In this document: piece by piece, positions 30,402 to 41,222 of the stretch
How the letters are laid out: the number at the start of each line of letters is the position of its first letter
Numbering within the stretch: the stretch's first letter is position 1
Assembly: GCA_963824995.1 (NCBI GenBank)
Contig: CAWGRK010000001.1
Span: 77,094-141,093, forward strand
DNA: 64,000 nt
Origin: an uncultured Actinomycetes bacterium
GTDB taxonomy: Bacteria; Actinomycetota; Acidimicrobiia; Spongiisociales; DATADW01
Direction: 5' to 3'
Notes under the pieces: generated by a model
Told to the model about the DNA's origin: nothing
The model's database searches: none
Seen by the model: only the letters and a program-made list of their open reading frames with translations
Translations under genes and position numbers: made by a program

Positions 30402-31781
30402 ATGACGCTGGGGGCACGAACCGCCGGTAGCCTCCGTCCGGTCGCGAAGGACTCCACCAGGGAACCGGACCAAGTCGGAGCCGGAACGAGCCCACCCGAT
30501 CAAAGCCCGGCGGACGATTCACAGTCGCACGAGGAGGCCCTGCAACAGTTCCTGCTCTACCTCGGGAGCGGTCTCACAGTCGCCGGTGGGGCTGTCAACG
30601 AGATCGAGGATCACCTCCTGGCCGTGGCCTCCGCCTACGGGGCTCCGGAGGCGAGGTTCGCGGTTCTCCCCACCTTCATCTTCGTCGCCCTCGATCCAAA
30701 CCGACCGGCCACGCTCGAGCCGACCTTTCAGCTACGGGGGGCACTCCGTCTCGACCAAACCTCGAAGCTCTACGACATCCTGAAGCGAGCCAGGCGAGCA
30801 GAGATCGAGCCCGCCGAGGGTATCCGGGAGGTCCAAGCGGCTCTGTCGAGCCGTCCCCGCTATTCCCTGCCTCTGACGCTATTTGGGCACGTGTTGTTGA
30901 CGGTCGGGCTGTGCCTCATATTGCAGCCGACCGGTGCGGACCTTGCTCTGGCCGCCTTCTTCGGGGCCCTCGTGGGTGTCCTCAAGCTGGTGGGCGGCAG
31001 GTGGGCGCGGGCTCAACCTGTCATGCCGATCGCCGCCGCATTCATCGTCTCGGCCCTCACCTTCGCGCTGGCCAACGAAGGCTGGGGCAGTGCGAACCTG
31101 CGGACGATGATTGCCCCGCTCGTGACGTTCCTGCCCGGCGCCGCGCTCACCATGTCTGTCATCGAGCTGTCGTCCGGGCAATTGGTCACTGGTGCGAGTC
31201 GCCTTGTCTCCGGAGCTCTGCAACTCGTCCTACTTGCTGCAGGAATCCTGGTTGCGGCCGAGTTAGTGGGGCTGCCATCAGCTGGGCTTGTCGACACACC
31301 TCAGAACACATTCGGATGGTGGGCGCCGTGGCTCGGTGCGATCGTGTTCGGAGTCGGGGTGGCGGGCTACTACTCGCCGCCCCGCAGGTCTTTGCCAGGG
31401 CTGTTTCTGGTGCTCCTTGTCGCCTTTGTCGGACAACAGGTGGGCAACCAGCTCGCCGGTGGATTCGTCGGCGGCTTCCTTGGGGCCCTAGCCATGACAC
31501 CGGTGGCGCGCCTCGTCGAGAACACCCATTTCGGGCCCCCGGCTCTGGTCTCGTTTCTTCCCGGGTTCTGGCTGCTCGTGCCAGGAGCGCTCGGGGTGAT
31601 TGGCGTGACCGAATACCTCAGCGACAACCCGGTTTCCGGACTCGAGGACTTCCTGAGCACTGTCGGCGCCATGATCGCAATCGCCGTAGGCGTCCTCTGC
31701 GGCTATCTGATCGTGGACACGGTTGCCCCGCTCTACCGGAAAACGCTGGGGCGCGCCTTCGACCGACCGGGCCCACAATAG
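30402..31781 (+). CDS. ThrE-family threonine/serine exporter (start uncertain)
   Basis: Many TM helices; LPTFIFV, APLVTFLPGAALT, LPGFWLLVPGALG. Confidence 0.82.
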   Translation: MTLGARTAGSLRPVAKDSTREPDQVGAGTSPPDQSPADDSQSHEEALQQFLLYLGSGLTVAGGAVNEIEDHLLAVASAYGAPEARFAVLPTFIFVALDPNRPATLEPTFQLRGALRLDQTSKLYDILKRARRAEIEPAEGIREVQAALSSRPRYSLPLTLFGHVLLTVGLCLILQPTGADLALAAFFGALVGVLKLVGGRWARAQPVMPIAAAFIVSALTFALANEGWGSANLRTMIAPLVTFLPGAALTMSVIELSSGQLVTGASRLVSGALQLVLLAAGILVAAELVGLPSAGLVDTPQNTFGWWAPWLGAIVFGVGVAGYYSPPRRSLPGLFLVLLVAFVGQQVGNQLAGGFVGGFLGALAMTPVARLVENTHFGPPALVSFLPGFWLLVPGALGVIGVTEYLSDNPVSGLEDFLSTVGAMIAIAVGVLCGYLIVDTVAPLYRKTLGRAFDRPGPQ

Positions 31782-31787
31782 AAGGAG

Positions 31788-31869
31788 TGCCGGGAGAAGG
31801 ATTTGAACCTCCGAAGGCTGAGCCGGCAGATTTACAGTCTGCTCCCTTTGGCCGCTTGGGTATCCCGGC
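31788..31869 (-). tRNA. tRNA-Tyr (GTA)
   Basis: GCCGGGATACCCAAGCGGCCAAAGGGAGCAGACTGTAAATCTGC...GGTTCAAATCC with long variable arm. Confidence 0.97.
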
Positions 31870-31910
31870 AGGGACCGACAGGTTAACCAGCCCGATCCTG
31901 AGCCTCCCGG

Positions 31911-32762
31911 TCAGTTGGCAGAAGTGGAGGCCATCTCGCGCAGCCGCCGAATCCTGTCCTCGATCGGCGGGTGGGTGGAGAACATGCGGGTCAATCCACG
32001 ACGGTTGATCGCCTTGGCCGGATTCTCGATGTAGAGCTCGGCGAAGGCCGGGTTCACGTTCATAGGTATTCGGGCGGTTGCGACACCTATCTTCTCCAGG
32101 GCGGAGGCCAGAGCCAGCGGCTCGCCAGTGACTCTTGCGCCGGACGCGTCTGCCTCGTATTCCCTGGCGCGGGAGATGGCGAGCCGGATCAGCATGGCGG
32201 CGATCGGGGCGAGGATGATGCTGGCCAAAGCGAGAATCGCCCCGACCGGGTTCCCCGAGTCGTCGCGCCTTCCCCCGCCGAAGAAGAAGCCGAACCGGAC
32301 AAATATCGAGAGCGCCGCGGCGAGGACTGCGGCGATCGTGGAGATGAGGACGTCCCGGTTTCGCACGTGCGAGAGTTCGTGGGCGAGCACACCCTCGAGC
32401 TCTCGCGGTGTCATCGTCTGGAGGATCCCTGCGGTGACGGCAACGGCCGCACGGCTCGGGCTGCGGCCGGTGGCAAATGCGTTTGGTTGGGGCGAACCGA
32501 TGTAGTGGATCGTCGGCATCGGCATGTCCTGTGCCGCCGCCAGCCGGCGCACCATGGCATAGACCTCTGGGAGCTGCTCCTCGGTTACAGGCCGTGCGCC
32601 GCTCGTTGCGAGGGCTATCCGGTCCGAGAAGAAGTACATCAAGAGGTTGAGCCCGGCGGCGATCCCGAGACCGGCCCAAGCCGATAGCCCGAACACTTGA
32701 GCGACCAGCACCACCAGGGCGCTCAGGAAGCCGAGCAGGGCGACGGTTTTCAGGTTGTTCAT
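31911..32762 (-). CDS. htpX: Zinc metalloprotease HtpX (M48)
   Basis: QPNAFATGR, LAHELSH, SRAREYEAD, FSTHPP. Confidence 0.95.
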   Translation of the reverse strand: MNNLKTVALLGFLSALVVLVAQVFGLSAWAGLGIAAGLNLLMYFFSDRIALATSGARPVTEEQLPEVYAMVRRLAAAQDMPMPTIHYIGSPQPNAFATGRSPSRAAVAVTAGILQTMTPRELEGVLAHELSHVRNRDVLISTIAAVLAAALSIFVRFGFFFGGGRRDDSGNPVGAILALASIILAPIAAMLIRLAISRAREYEADASGARVTGEPLALASALEKIGVATARIPMNVNPAFAELYIENPAKAINRRGLTRMFSTHPPIEDRIRRLREMASTSAN

Positions 32763-32849
32763 GGCAATCTCAGCGTATCGATCACCGGCGCATATTCCGG
32801 TCGCTCGACCTTCAGCGCTCCACCTGGAGCCTCGACGCAAGCTGCTCGA

Positions 32850-33077
32850 TCAGGCTCTCCAACGGTCGTGCTCCCAATCGGCGCTGGGGAAGGCCGCCAT
32901 GAGCCCGTCGCCGAGGGTCTTCACCTCGCGCCCGCCGGTGGCACCGAGCGCCTCCCGCAGGACGCGGTCATGGTCGGCGTGGACCAGGTCGGCGGCATCA
33001 TCCCCGAGCCGGGCCCGAAGGTTGGTGGAGGCCACCAGGTCCGTGAAGAGCAGCGTGCTGGTGGTGAGCTCTGCCAC
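32850..33077 (-). pseudogene. Truncated class III adenylate cyclase fragment
   Basis: LLFTDLVAST...GGREVKTLGDGLMAAFPSA then abrupt stop, no continuation. Confidence 0.7.
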
Positions 33078-33309
33078 GGAAGAAGACGGTAATGCCGGCC
33101 GCTATTTGACGACTCACGATCCTTCGACAGGAACGACGCGTATCGCCCCGCCTGTCCGGGGCTCTCTCAACCTGTCGATCCGAGAAGCCGATCAATGTCA
33201 CTTGGGCCGAACGAGAGCGTCCGTTGCTAGGGTTCCGGCACCGGGTGGCTTGGGTTCAGGGGAGCCGCGCGGTGTGCAACACATTTCAACTTTGGAGGAG
33301 GAGTCTCAG

Positions 33310-36300
33310 GTGCGGAGACTGATTGTGTTCCTGGTAGCTGCAGCCCTCGTGGCTGGTGCAGCGCTCCCGGTCGGGGCCCAAGAGGCACCCGATCGTCGTT
33401 TTGAAGAGGTGTCGCTCGCCGGAATCGACACCAAACTGCTCCCGGCCCTCGCCAACCCCAACCGGATGGTCACCGTGATGGTGGAGATGACCGGTGCCCC
33501 GGTGGCCATAGAACAAGGCAAGGCAGCCGCCCAGGGCAGCGAGTTGAGCAAGGCGCAGCGGGCAGCCTTCCGCTCCAGCTTGAAGGCCAAGCAGGACGCG
33601 ATCGCCCCCTCCATCCGCCGCCTCGGTGGTGTCGTCCAGTCGCAGTTGCAGGATGCCTACAACGGAATGCGGGTCCGCATCGCCGCCGGCAAGGTGGGAG
33701 AACTGCAGACGCTCGCCAACGTCAAGGCCATCAGGCACATCGAGCGGCACACGCCGACCAACGCCGACTCGGTCCCCTTCCTCGAGGTCCCATCGGTTTG
33801 GCAGGACCTCGGCCTCACCGGCGAGGGCATCACCATCGCCGTCATCGACACCGGGATCGACTACTACCACGCCAACTTCGGCGGATCGGGCGACCCGGCC
33901 GACTTTGCGGCCGACGACCCGACGGTGATCGAGCCAGGGACCTTCCCCACCGTCAAGGTGGCCGGGCGGATACGACTTCGTCGGCGACGAATACGACGCC
34001 TCGAGCGATGACCCGGCGATCAACACGCCCGAGCCCGACCCGGACCCCGTCGACTGCAACGGCCACGGCTCGCATGTGGCCGGGACCGCCGCCGGCGCCG
34101 GGGTGCTCACCGACGGCAGCACCTTCACCGGACCCTACGACGAGACGACCCACGCCAACTCCTTCCTGATCGGCCCAGGTGTCGCCCCCGAGGCGACCCT
34201 CTACGCCCTCAAGGTGTTCGGGTGCGACGGGTCGACCGACGTCACCGTCGACGCCATCGAGTGGGCGGTGGAGCACGACCTCGACGTGATCAACATGAGC
34301 CTCGGATCGGCCTTCGGCCGCTCCAACGACCCCACCGCCAGTGGCAGCCACCAACGCCGCCATCGCCGGTGTCGTCGTGGTCACCTCGGCGGGCAACGCC
34401 GGCCCGGGCCGGTACATCACCGGTTCGCCGGGCACCGGATCTGGCGCCCTTTCGGTGGCAGCCATGGACACCATCGAAGGCACCCCGCACGTCGACTTCA
34501 TCGCCCCCGCCGGGACGATCGACATGCAGAACTCGAACGGATCGACCGATCTGCCGGTGACCGGCACCGTCGTGGTGCTCGAGGATGACCCGGCGACGAC
34601 CGATGTCGACGAGTCGCTCGGTTGCGCCGCCAGCGATTACGCCGCGGTGCAACCCGGCGACATCGCCGTCACCTACCGCGGTGTATGCGCCCGGGTGGAT
34701 CGAGCCATCCTCGGTCAGGCAGCCGGCGCCGCTGCGGTGGTGATGATCAACAACGCCGACGGCTTTCCACCGTACGAGGGCGCGATCGCCGGGGTGACCA
34801 TCCCGTTCCTCGGCGCCCAGCTTTCCGACGAGGCGGCGGTCCTGGCGACCGCCGGACAGACGGTCACCGTCGAGGACGCGGGCGAGGTCCCCAACCCCAA
34901 CTACACCGGGTTCGCCGACTTCAGCTCCGGTGGTCCCCGCAACGGTGACAGCGCCCAGAAGCCCGATGTCATCGCACCGGGGGTGAGCATCATCTCCACC
35001 CTGGTCGGATCGGGCACCGGGTCGGTCCAGATCTCGGGCACCTCGATGGCCTCACCGCACGTCGCCGGGATCGGCGCACTGGTGCGTCAGGCGCATCCGC
35101 GCTGGCGGGTCAACCAGATCAAGGCGGCAATCATCAACACCGCCGACCCGTCGAAGATGATCGACTACGAGACCACGAGGGCCGGTTCCGGAGTGGTCCA
35201 GCCGGTGACTGCGGTGGACACCGAGGTCGTCGCCATGGGCAACCCCCACGGTGGCGGGCTCTCCTACGGCCTGGTCCAGGCGACCGGGACCGTCGACACG
35301 ACCCGGACGATCACCCTGTTCAACAACGGGACGAGCACGGCCACCTACTCGCTGCGCCTCCGAGTTCAACAGCGACGCATCGGGCAACGCCACGGCGAGC
35401 TTCTCGTCGGGAACGGTGTCGGTGCCGGCCGGTGGCAAGGCATCGGTGAAGGTCACCCTTTCGGTGGACGCGTGCATCGGTTCCCACCCGGGTTGCAGAC
35501 CGCCGCGGGGAACATCGTGCTCACTCCGACCTCGGGCGACGCCCCGGCTCTGCGGGTCCCGTTCGTCGAGGTGGTGAAGGGGGTGTCGAAGATATCGACG
35601 ACACCGATTGTCGTGACCGCGGCCGACGTGGTCGAGCTCACCAGCACCAACGCCGCAGGTGCGACGGGTACTCTCGACGTCTACGCCTGGGGTCTGACCG
35701 ACCTCAAGGGTCGACGCCCTGACCACCGACGTGCGCGCCGTCGGAGTCCAGTCGTTCCCCGACTTCGACTTCGGGGTCTTCAGCATCCAGACCTTCGGAG
35801 CCGTCTCCAACCCGGCGGTGAACGAGTGGGACGTGCTGCTGGACACCACGGGCGACGGTGACCCCGACTACGCGGTGATCGGTTACGACCTGGGTGCCTT
35901 CACCGTCGGGGAGTTCAACGGGACCCTGGCCTCGATCACGATCGACCTGGCGACGGGCGAGGCTATCAGCGCCTTCCTGGCGGGTGGCGGGCTCAACAGC
36001 TCTGTCGTGCTGCTGCCCTTCCTGCTCTCGGACGTCGGGCTCGAAGCCGGCGGCGCCGAGGAGTTCTGCTACGAGGCGGGTGTGTTCTCGCTCGAGGAGC
36101 TCGGCGACGATCATCGTCAACGGGGTGGCCAGCTTCAACGCCTTCACCCAGCCGGTGGAGACGGGCGGGTTCGCCGAGCTGGCAGCCGGGGAGTCGATCG
36201 ACTGGACCGCAGCGGTCGACGGCGACCAGCTTGCCGAGACCCCGGTCAAGGGATGGATGGTGGTGTACGCCGAGAACCGCTCGGGTGCGAGGCAGGCGGA

Positions 36301-36319
36301 TCTGATCAGGATCCGTTGA
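33310..36319 (+). CDS. Secreted S8 subtilase with PA domain (Vpr-like), frameshifted
   Basis: Signal peptide; VIDTGID, GHGSHVAG, SAGNAG, PA domain RGVC, KPDV, SGTSMASPHVAG. Confidence 0.9.
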
Positions 36320-36340
36320 GCCACACCGCCAACTGACCAT

Positions 36341-36370
36341 CGAAGGGGCCGGAGAATTCCGGCCCCTTCG
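36341..36370. terminator. Terminator hairpin
   Basis: CGAAGGGGCCGGA-GAAT-TCCGGCCCCTTCG. Confidence 0.8.
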
Positions 36371-36454
36371 TCGTGCTTATGTCGTGCCCTGGCTTTATGG
36401 TTGGGCTGCCGGTCGGGGTGGGATCGGAACAACTCGATAAGAAGGGGAGACATC

Positions 36455-39400
36455 GTGGTGCGACGATTCTTCGTAGCTCTCGTGGCGCTGGCGGCGCTCG
36501 TAGGGCTCGCCATCCCGGCGGCGGCACAGCAGGGCGCCGAGCGCCCTCGGCCCGACCGGCTCGACTCACTTCGACTGGACCAACCGTCCCGGGTGGACGG
36601 GTCTGCGATCGGCAAGCTCGACCCATCGCTGCTCGGCGCCGGCGGCGAGGTGGCAGTCAGCATCAGGCTGACCGCGCGCCCTGTGGCGCTCGTCGCTGCC
36701 GCAGACGGCACCGCCGCACAGCAGCGTGCCCAGGGCAGGCGTGTGACCGCCGAGCAGACCGGGTTCCTGAGCACGGCTCGCTCGATCGACCCGGGGCTCG
36801 CAACGCTCGCCACCACGAGAAGCGCGGTGAACGCGGTCTTGGTCGAGGTCGATGCCGCCGCTCTCGAAGCACTGGCCGCCGACGACCGGGTGGTCTCCAT
36901 CGCCAGGGTGCGCGACTACGAGATGGCGTTGTCCGAGACCGTTCCCTACATCGGCGCATCTGCTGTACAGGATCTCGGGTTCGACGGCACCGGTGTGAAG
37001 GTCGCCATCCTCGACTCGGGGGTCGACTACACCCACGCCGCTTTCGGAGGGCCAGGGACCGTCGAGGCCTACGAGGAGGCGTACGGGACGTCGCCCGAAG
37101 ACCCCCTCAACACGACCACCGACGGTCTGTTCCCCACCGAGCGCGTTGTGGGTGGCTTCGACTTCGTCGGCGAGTTCTGGGTGGGTGGCGAAGAAACACC
37201 GCCGCTGGCCCCGGACCCCGACCCGATCGACTTCGAGGGACACGGGACCCACGTCGCCCACATCAGCCGGCGGGAGCAACGGTGTGGCCCCCGGCGTCGA
37301 CCTCTACGCCCTCAAGGTTTGCGCCTCGCAGTCGACCGCCTGCTCGGGCGTGGCTCTGCTCCAGGCGATGGACTGGGCGCTCGACCCCGACGGGAACGGC
37401 GACACGAGAGACCGGGTCGACATCGTCAACATGTCGCTCGGCTCGCTGTACGGCCAGGCTTTCGACGACGACCTGTCGCTCGCCGTGGAGAACACCACGC
37501 GGGCAGGGATCCTCACCGTCGCCGCCGCAGGCAACGGCGCCGACAAGCCGTACGTCCTCGACACACCGGCGCAACGCCGTCGGCGCTGGCGGTGGCGCAG
37601 ACCAACATGCCGTCGGCCGTGCTGCCGGTCCTCCAGGTGCTCACGCCCGCCGGAGATTGCGGGCGACTACACCGCCGTGTTCCAGCCGTGGTCGGTGGCG
37701 CCCACGGCTCCGATAGAAGGCCCACTCCAATACGGGGACGGGGCGGGGGGCAACCTCCTCGGTTGCGACCCCTTCCCAGCCGGATCGCTGACCGGTCTGA
37801 TCGTCCTGGTCGATCGGGGTGAGTGCAACTTCACCCTCAAGATCTCGAACATCAGCCAGGGAGGCGGCATCGCCGGGATCATCGGACTGATGGCGCCGGG
37901 TGAGCCCTTCGCCGGGGCTGACGGCGGCGATCGCCCGATCGACATCCCCGGCTACATGGTCAGCCAGGACACCTCGGAGACCTTCAAGAGCGGCATCGAG
38001 GCGGGGGTCACCATCCTCATCGACCCCGCCGAGGGGATCCCGCTGGTGGGCACCATGGTCGGCTCGTCGTCACGGGGCCCGGCGATGCGCTCGATCATCG
38101 CCAAGCCGGAGATCGGGGCTCCCGGCGAGTCGGTCTCGGCCATCGCCGGCAGCGGCTGCCGAGGAAGGGCCGTTCGGCGGCACCTCGGGGGCGACACCGA
38201 TGGTGACCGGCTCTGCTGCCCTGCTGCTCGACGCCTTCCCCCGACGGACGCCGATGGACCTGAAGAACTCGCTGGTCAACACCGCCGAGACCGAGATCTT
38301 CAACGGCCCGACCGCGCTCGGCGCCGACCTGGCACCGATCGCCCGGATCGGCGGTGGTGAGGTGCGGGTGGACCGCGCCATCGAAGCCGCCGGAGCGGCC
38401 TGGGATGCCAAGACCCGCGGAGCGCTCTCGTTCGGCCTGGTAGACGTGACCTCGACGAGGACACTCACCCGGCGGGTGCTGGTGAGGAACTTCAGCGACT
38501 CCGCCACGACCTACTCGGTGGCACCCCAGTTCCGGTTCGAGAACGATGCCGCCTCGGGGGCGGTCTCGGTGAGCGCACCCGGATCGGTGACGGTGCCGGG
38601 CCGGGGCCAGACGCGTTCGACGTGACCATCACCATCGACGGGTCGGCACTGCCCGACTGGTCGGCCGACTCGGGGGCCGGTGGCGCCGACTCCGGGCCGA
38701 TCACCGACCTCGAGTACGACGGCTACCTGGTCATGGACAGCTCGAAAGGCAGCCTCCATCTTCCCTGGCACGTGCTGCCCCGCAAGTCGGGGGACGTCTC
38801 GGTCCGGAAGGCAGGGGCCGACTATTCGCTTGACCAACAACGGGGTCGGCACCCAGACGGTCGAGGCGTACTCGCTGATCGCCACCAGCGAGGACCTTCC
38901 CGAAGGTGGGCGAGGCGACGAACAGCCCGACACCCGACTTCCGTCGTATCGGCTACAGCACGTTCCCGGTCCCGGCCGGGTTCTGCAGCGACGTCGATTC
39001 GTTCGTCATGGCGTTCGCCGTCAACACCTGGGAGCGGCAGACCCACGCCAATGCACCGGCGTCGTTCTGGTTCGTGCTCGACACCGATCAGGACGGGACC
39101 GACGACTACATCGTGCTCAATCGGGATCTCACGTTCAGCGATCTCGGCGACGGGCGGAACGTCACGTGGACGGTGAACCTGGAGACCGGCGACGCCGAGG
39201 CGTTCTTCTTCACCGATCACCAGACCAACAGCGCCAACACGGTGCTGCTGTTCTGCGGCGAGCAGGTGGGATTGAACGCAACCAACTTCGGCCAGCCGAT
39301 GGACGTGACCGCAATCGCCGAGGACTTCTACTTCGGTGGGCCTGGGGACGAGATCGACGGGATCACAATCGCTCCACTCGGGGAGCGGTTCATCGCCGAG

Positions 39401-39571
39401 TTCGCCAACGGGGAGATCGGACTGACCGTCCTCGAACCCGGTGCGACCGACACGATGACGGTGATCGACACCGGGTCCGACACCAACAACACCGAGACGG
39501 GCATCCTCCTCCTCTACCGGGGAGGATCGAGGGCCAACAACGAGGCGAAGGCGATCACCCTCGCCAACTGA
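36455..39571 (+). CDS. Second secreted S8 subtilase with PA domain, frameshifted
   Basis: ILDSGVD, GHGTHVA, AAAGNG, DRGECNF, KPEIGAPG, FGGTSGATP. Confidence 0.9.
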
Positions 39572-39578
39572 CCGGGTC

Positions 39579-39617
39579 GTTTCGTGGCGGGGGCGATCTT
39601 CGTCCCCGCCACGAGAC
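39579..39617. terminator. Bidirectional terminator hairpin
   Basis: GTTTCGTGGCGGGGGCGA-TCT-TCGTCCCCGCCACGAGAC between convergent genes. Confidence 0.75.
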
Positions 39618-40111
39618 TCAACGGCTGAGCTTCGCGACCGGTGACTCACAGAGCTTGAAGTTGCCGTTGCCGTCGAGTCGGTAGTCGTAGGTTTCGCCAC
39701 CGGCCTCGACCACGATCTGCGACCCGTCGACGACCGCTTGGGTGTACATGACGCCCGGCTCAGGACAGCCCAGCGACCCGTCGGGCCACTGGATGGCGGC
39801 TGCGGTGAGTCACCACGACAGAGGACTCGTCCACCTCGGCCCTCTTCGCGGCGTCGGCGATCACCGGATCGAGGAACCGGGCCGGCACCTCACCGGTCAC
39901 ACCGGGGGTGCTGGTGGTGACCGGGGTGGGAAGGGTCGTCTTGGGAGGAAGGCTGGGTGCGGGTCGTCCGGTGGTGGGCGGCGGCTGTGCGGAGTTGTCG
40001 GTCGTGGTGGTCTCCTCCCCGGTGAGCGTAGGCCCGGCAGAGGTCCCCGCCACCGCATGCCGTGAGCGTCGCGCCAAGCGCAAGAACGATGGCCAAACAC
40101 CTCATGCCCAT
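39618..40111 (-). CDS. Uncharacterised lipoprotein (WPDGSLGCP motif), frameshifted
   Basis: Lipobox LTAC; Pro/Thr linker; QWPDGSLGCPEPGVMYTQAVVDG...YDYR...KLCE. Confidence 0.7.
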
Positions 40112-40153
40112 GGGACGCCGCGGCCCGTCGGCTGGTTCCCCGTCGGTCGGTGG

Positions 40154-41222
40154 TCATATGCGGGCGACCATCACCCTGAAGTCGCCCAGTCCGCGTGGGT
40201 GGAGAAGGGTCTCCGCCTCGGTCCGGAGAGAGCGGACGCGAAGCCGCTCGAGGGCGTCGTCGGAACGGGCCAGTTCGAGTTCGAGGTGGCGCAGTTCGCT
40301 GAGACGGCACCGCAACCCGAGTCCGGCGAGGAAGTCGTCCTGGCGGTGGACCTCGACCTCGGCACCGGCGTTCTCGGCAACGGCGACCAAGGCCGTGAAG
40401 TTGACGTCCGCGGTGATATCCGTGTCCCCCGGGTCATCGAGCGGGTCGGGACCGATGTGGTGGGCGCGATAGGTCCGAATCGTCCCCTGGGCACGGCGCG
40501 GCGCCAAGCCCTCGGCGCTGTCGCCGTAGTCGATCACCACCACGGAGCCATGCCTTCGAGCAGTTCGCAACGCCGACCCAGCCATGCCCCCGCCGCCAGT
40601 TGCACCTCGACGACCGAACCGAGCGGAGCCGGGCCGGAGAAACGGTCCGCCCATGACGCCACCTCGGCCCGGGCGGGTGCCGTCTCGTCACCACCAGGGT
40701 CCCGTCGGCCTCTCCCGACCATGCTCTCATCCCAACCGGCCGGCGGTCCGCACCGCCATGGCGCTGGGGAGGTTGTCGAGCAACTCATTGGCGATCACCA
40801 CACCGACGAAAACCAGGCGGCAGTCGCTCCGAGTGAATCCACCACCCGCCCCGGCACCACCTCTTCGAGAGCTCGGCGTGCCGCCGGAGAGGCCTCGACC
40901 GCCCAGGTCTCCAGGGGACGGTCGACGGTGGCGAGCAAAGGGCCGAGCAGCGAACCGGAGCCGGCGCCCGACTTCGACCAGGGTGAAGCCCGCGGGTCGC
41001 CCAGCCGGCGGCGCTCCTCCTCGACGAAGACCGCCAGCGTCTCACCGAAGGCTGACACTCACCTCGGGGCTGGTGAGGAAATCCCCTGCCTTGACCGATC
41101 GCAAGCGGGCCCGAGGTGAAGTACCCGCCCTCGGGGTCGTAGAGGGCAGCCTCCATGAACGCATCGAACCCGATGGGGCCCTCGGATCGAATCCGCTCGA
41201 CCAACCGGTCCTTCAGGATCAC
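40154..41222 (-). CDS. MidA/NDUFAF7-like SAM-dependent methyltransferase, frameshifted
   Basis: [48 protein letters not shown]. Confidence 0.82.

Noticed and set aside
33222..33282. GCTAGGGTTCCG resembling the ykkC/guanidine-I riboswitch start
   Set aside because: The conserved 3' GGGAYAAAAGCCCG element is absent. TAGGGT fits an actinobacterial -10 box followed by a simple 5' UTR hairpin.
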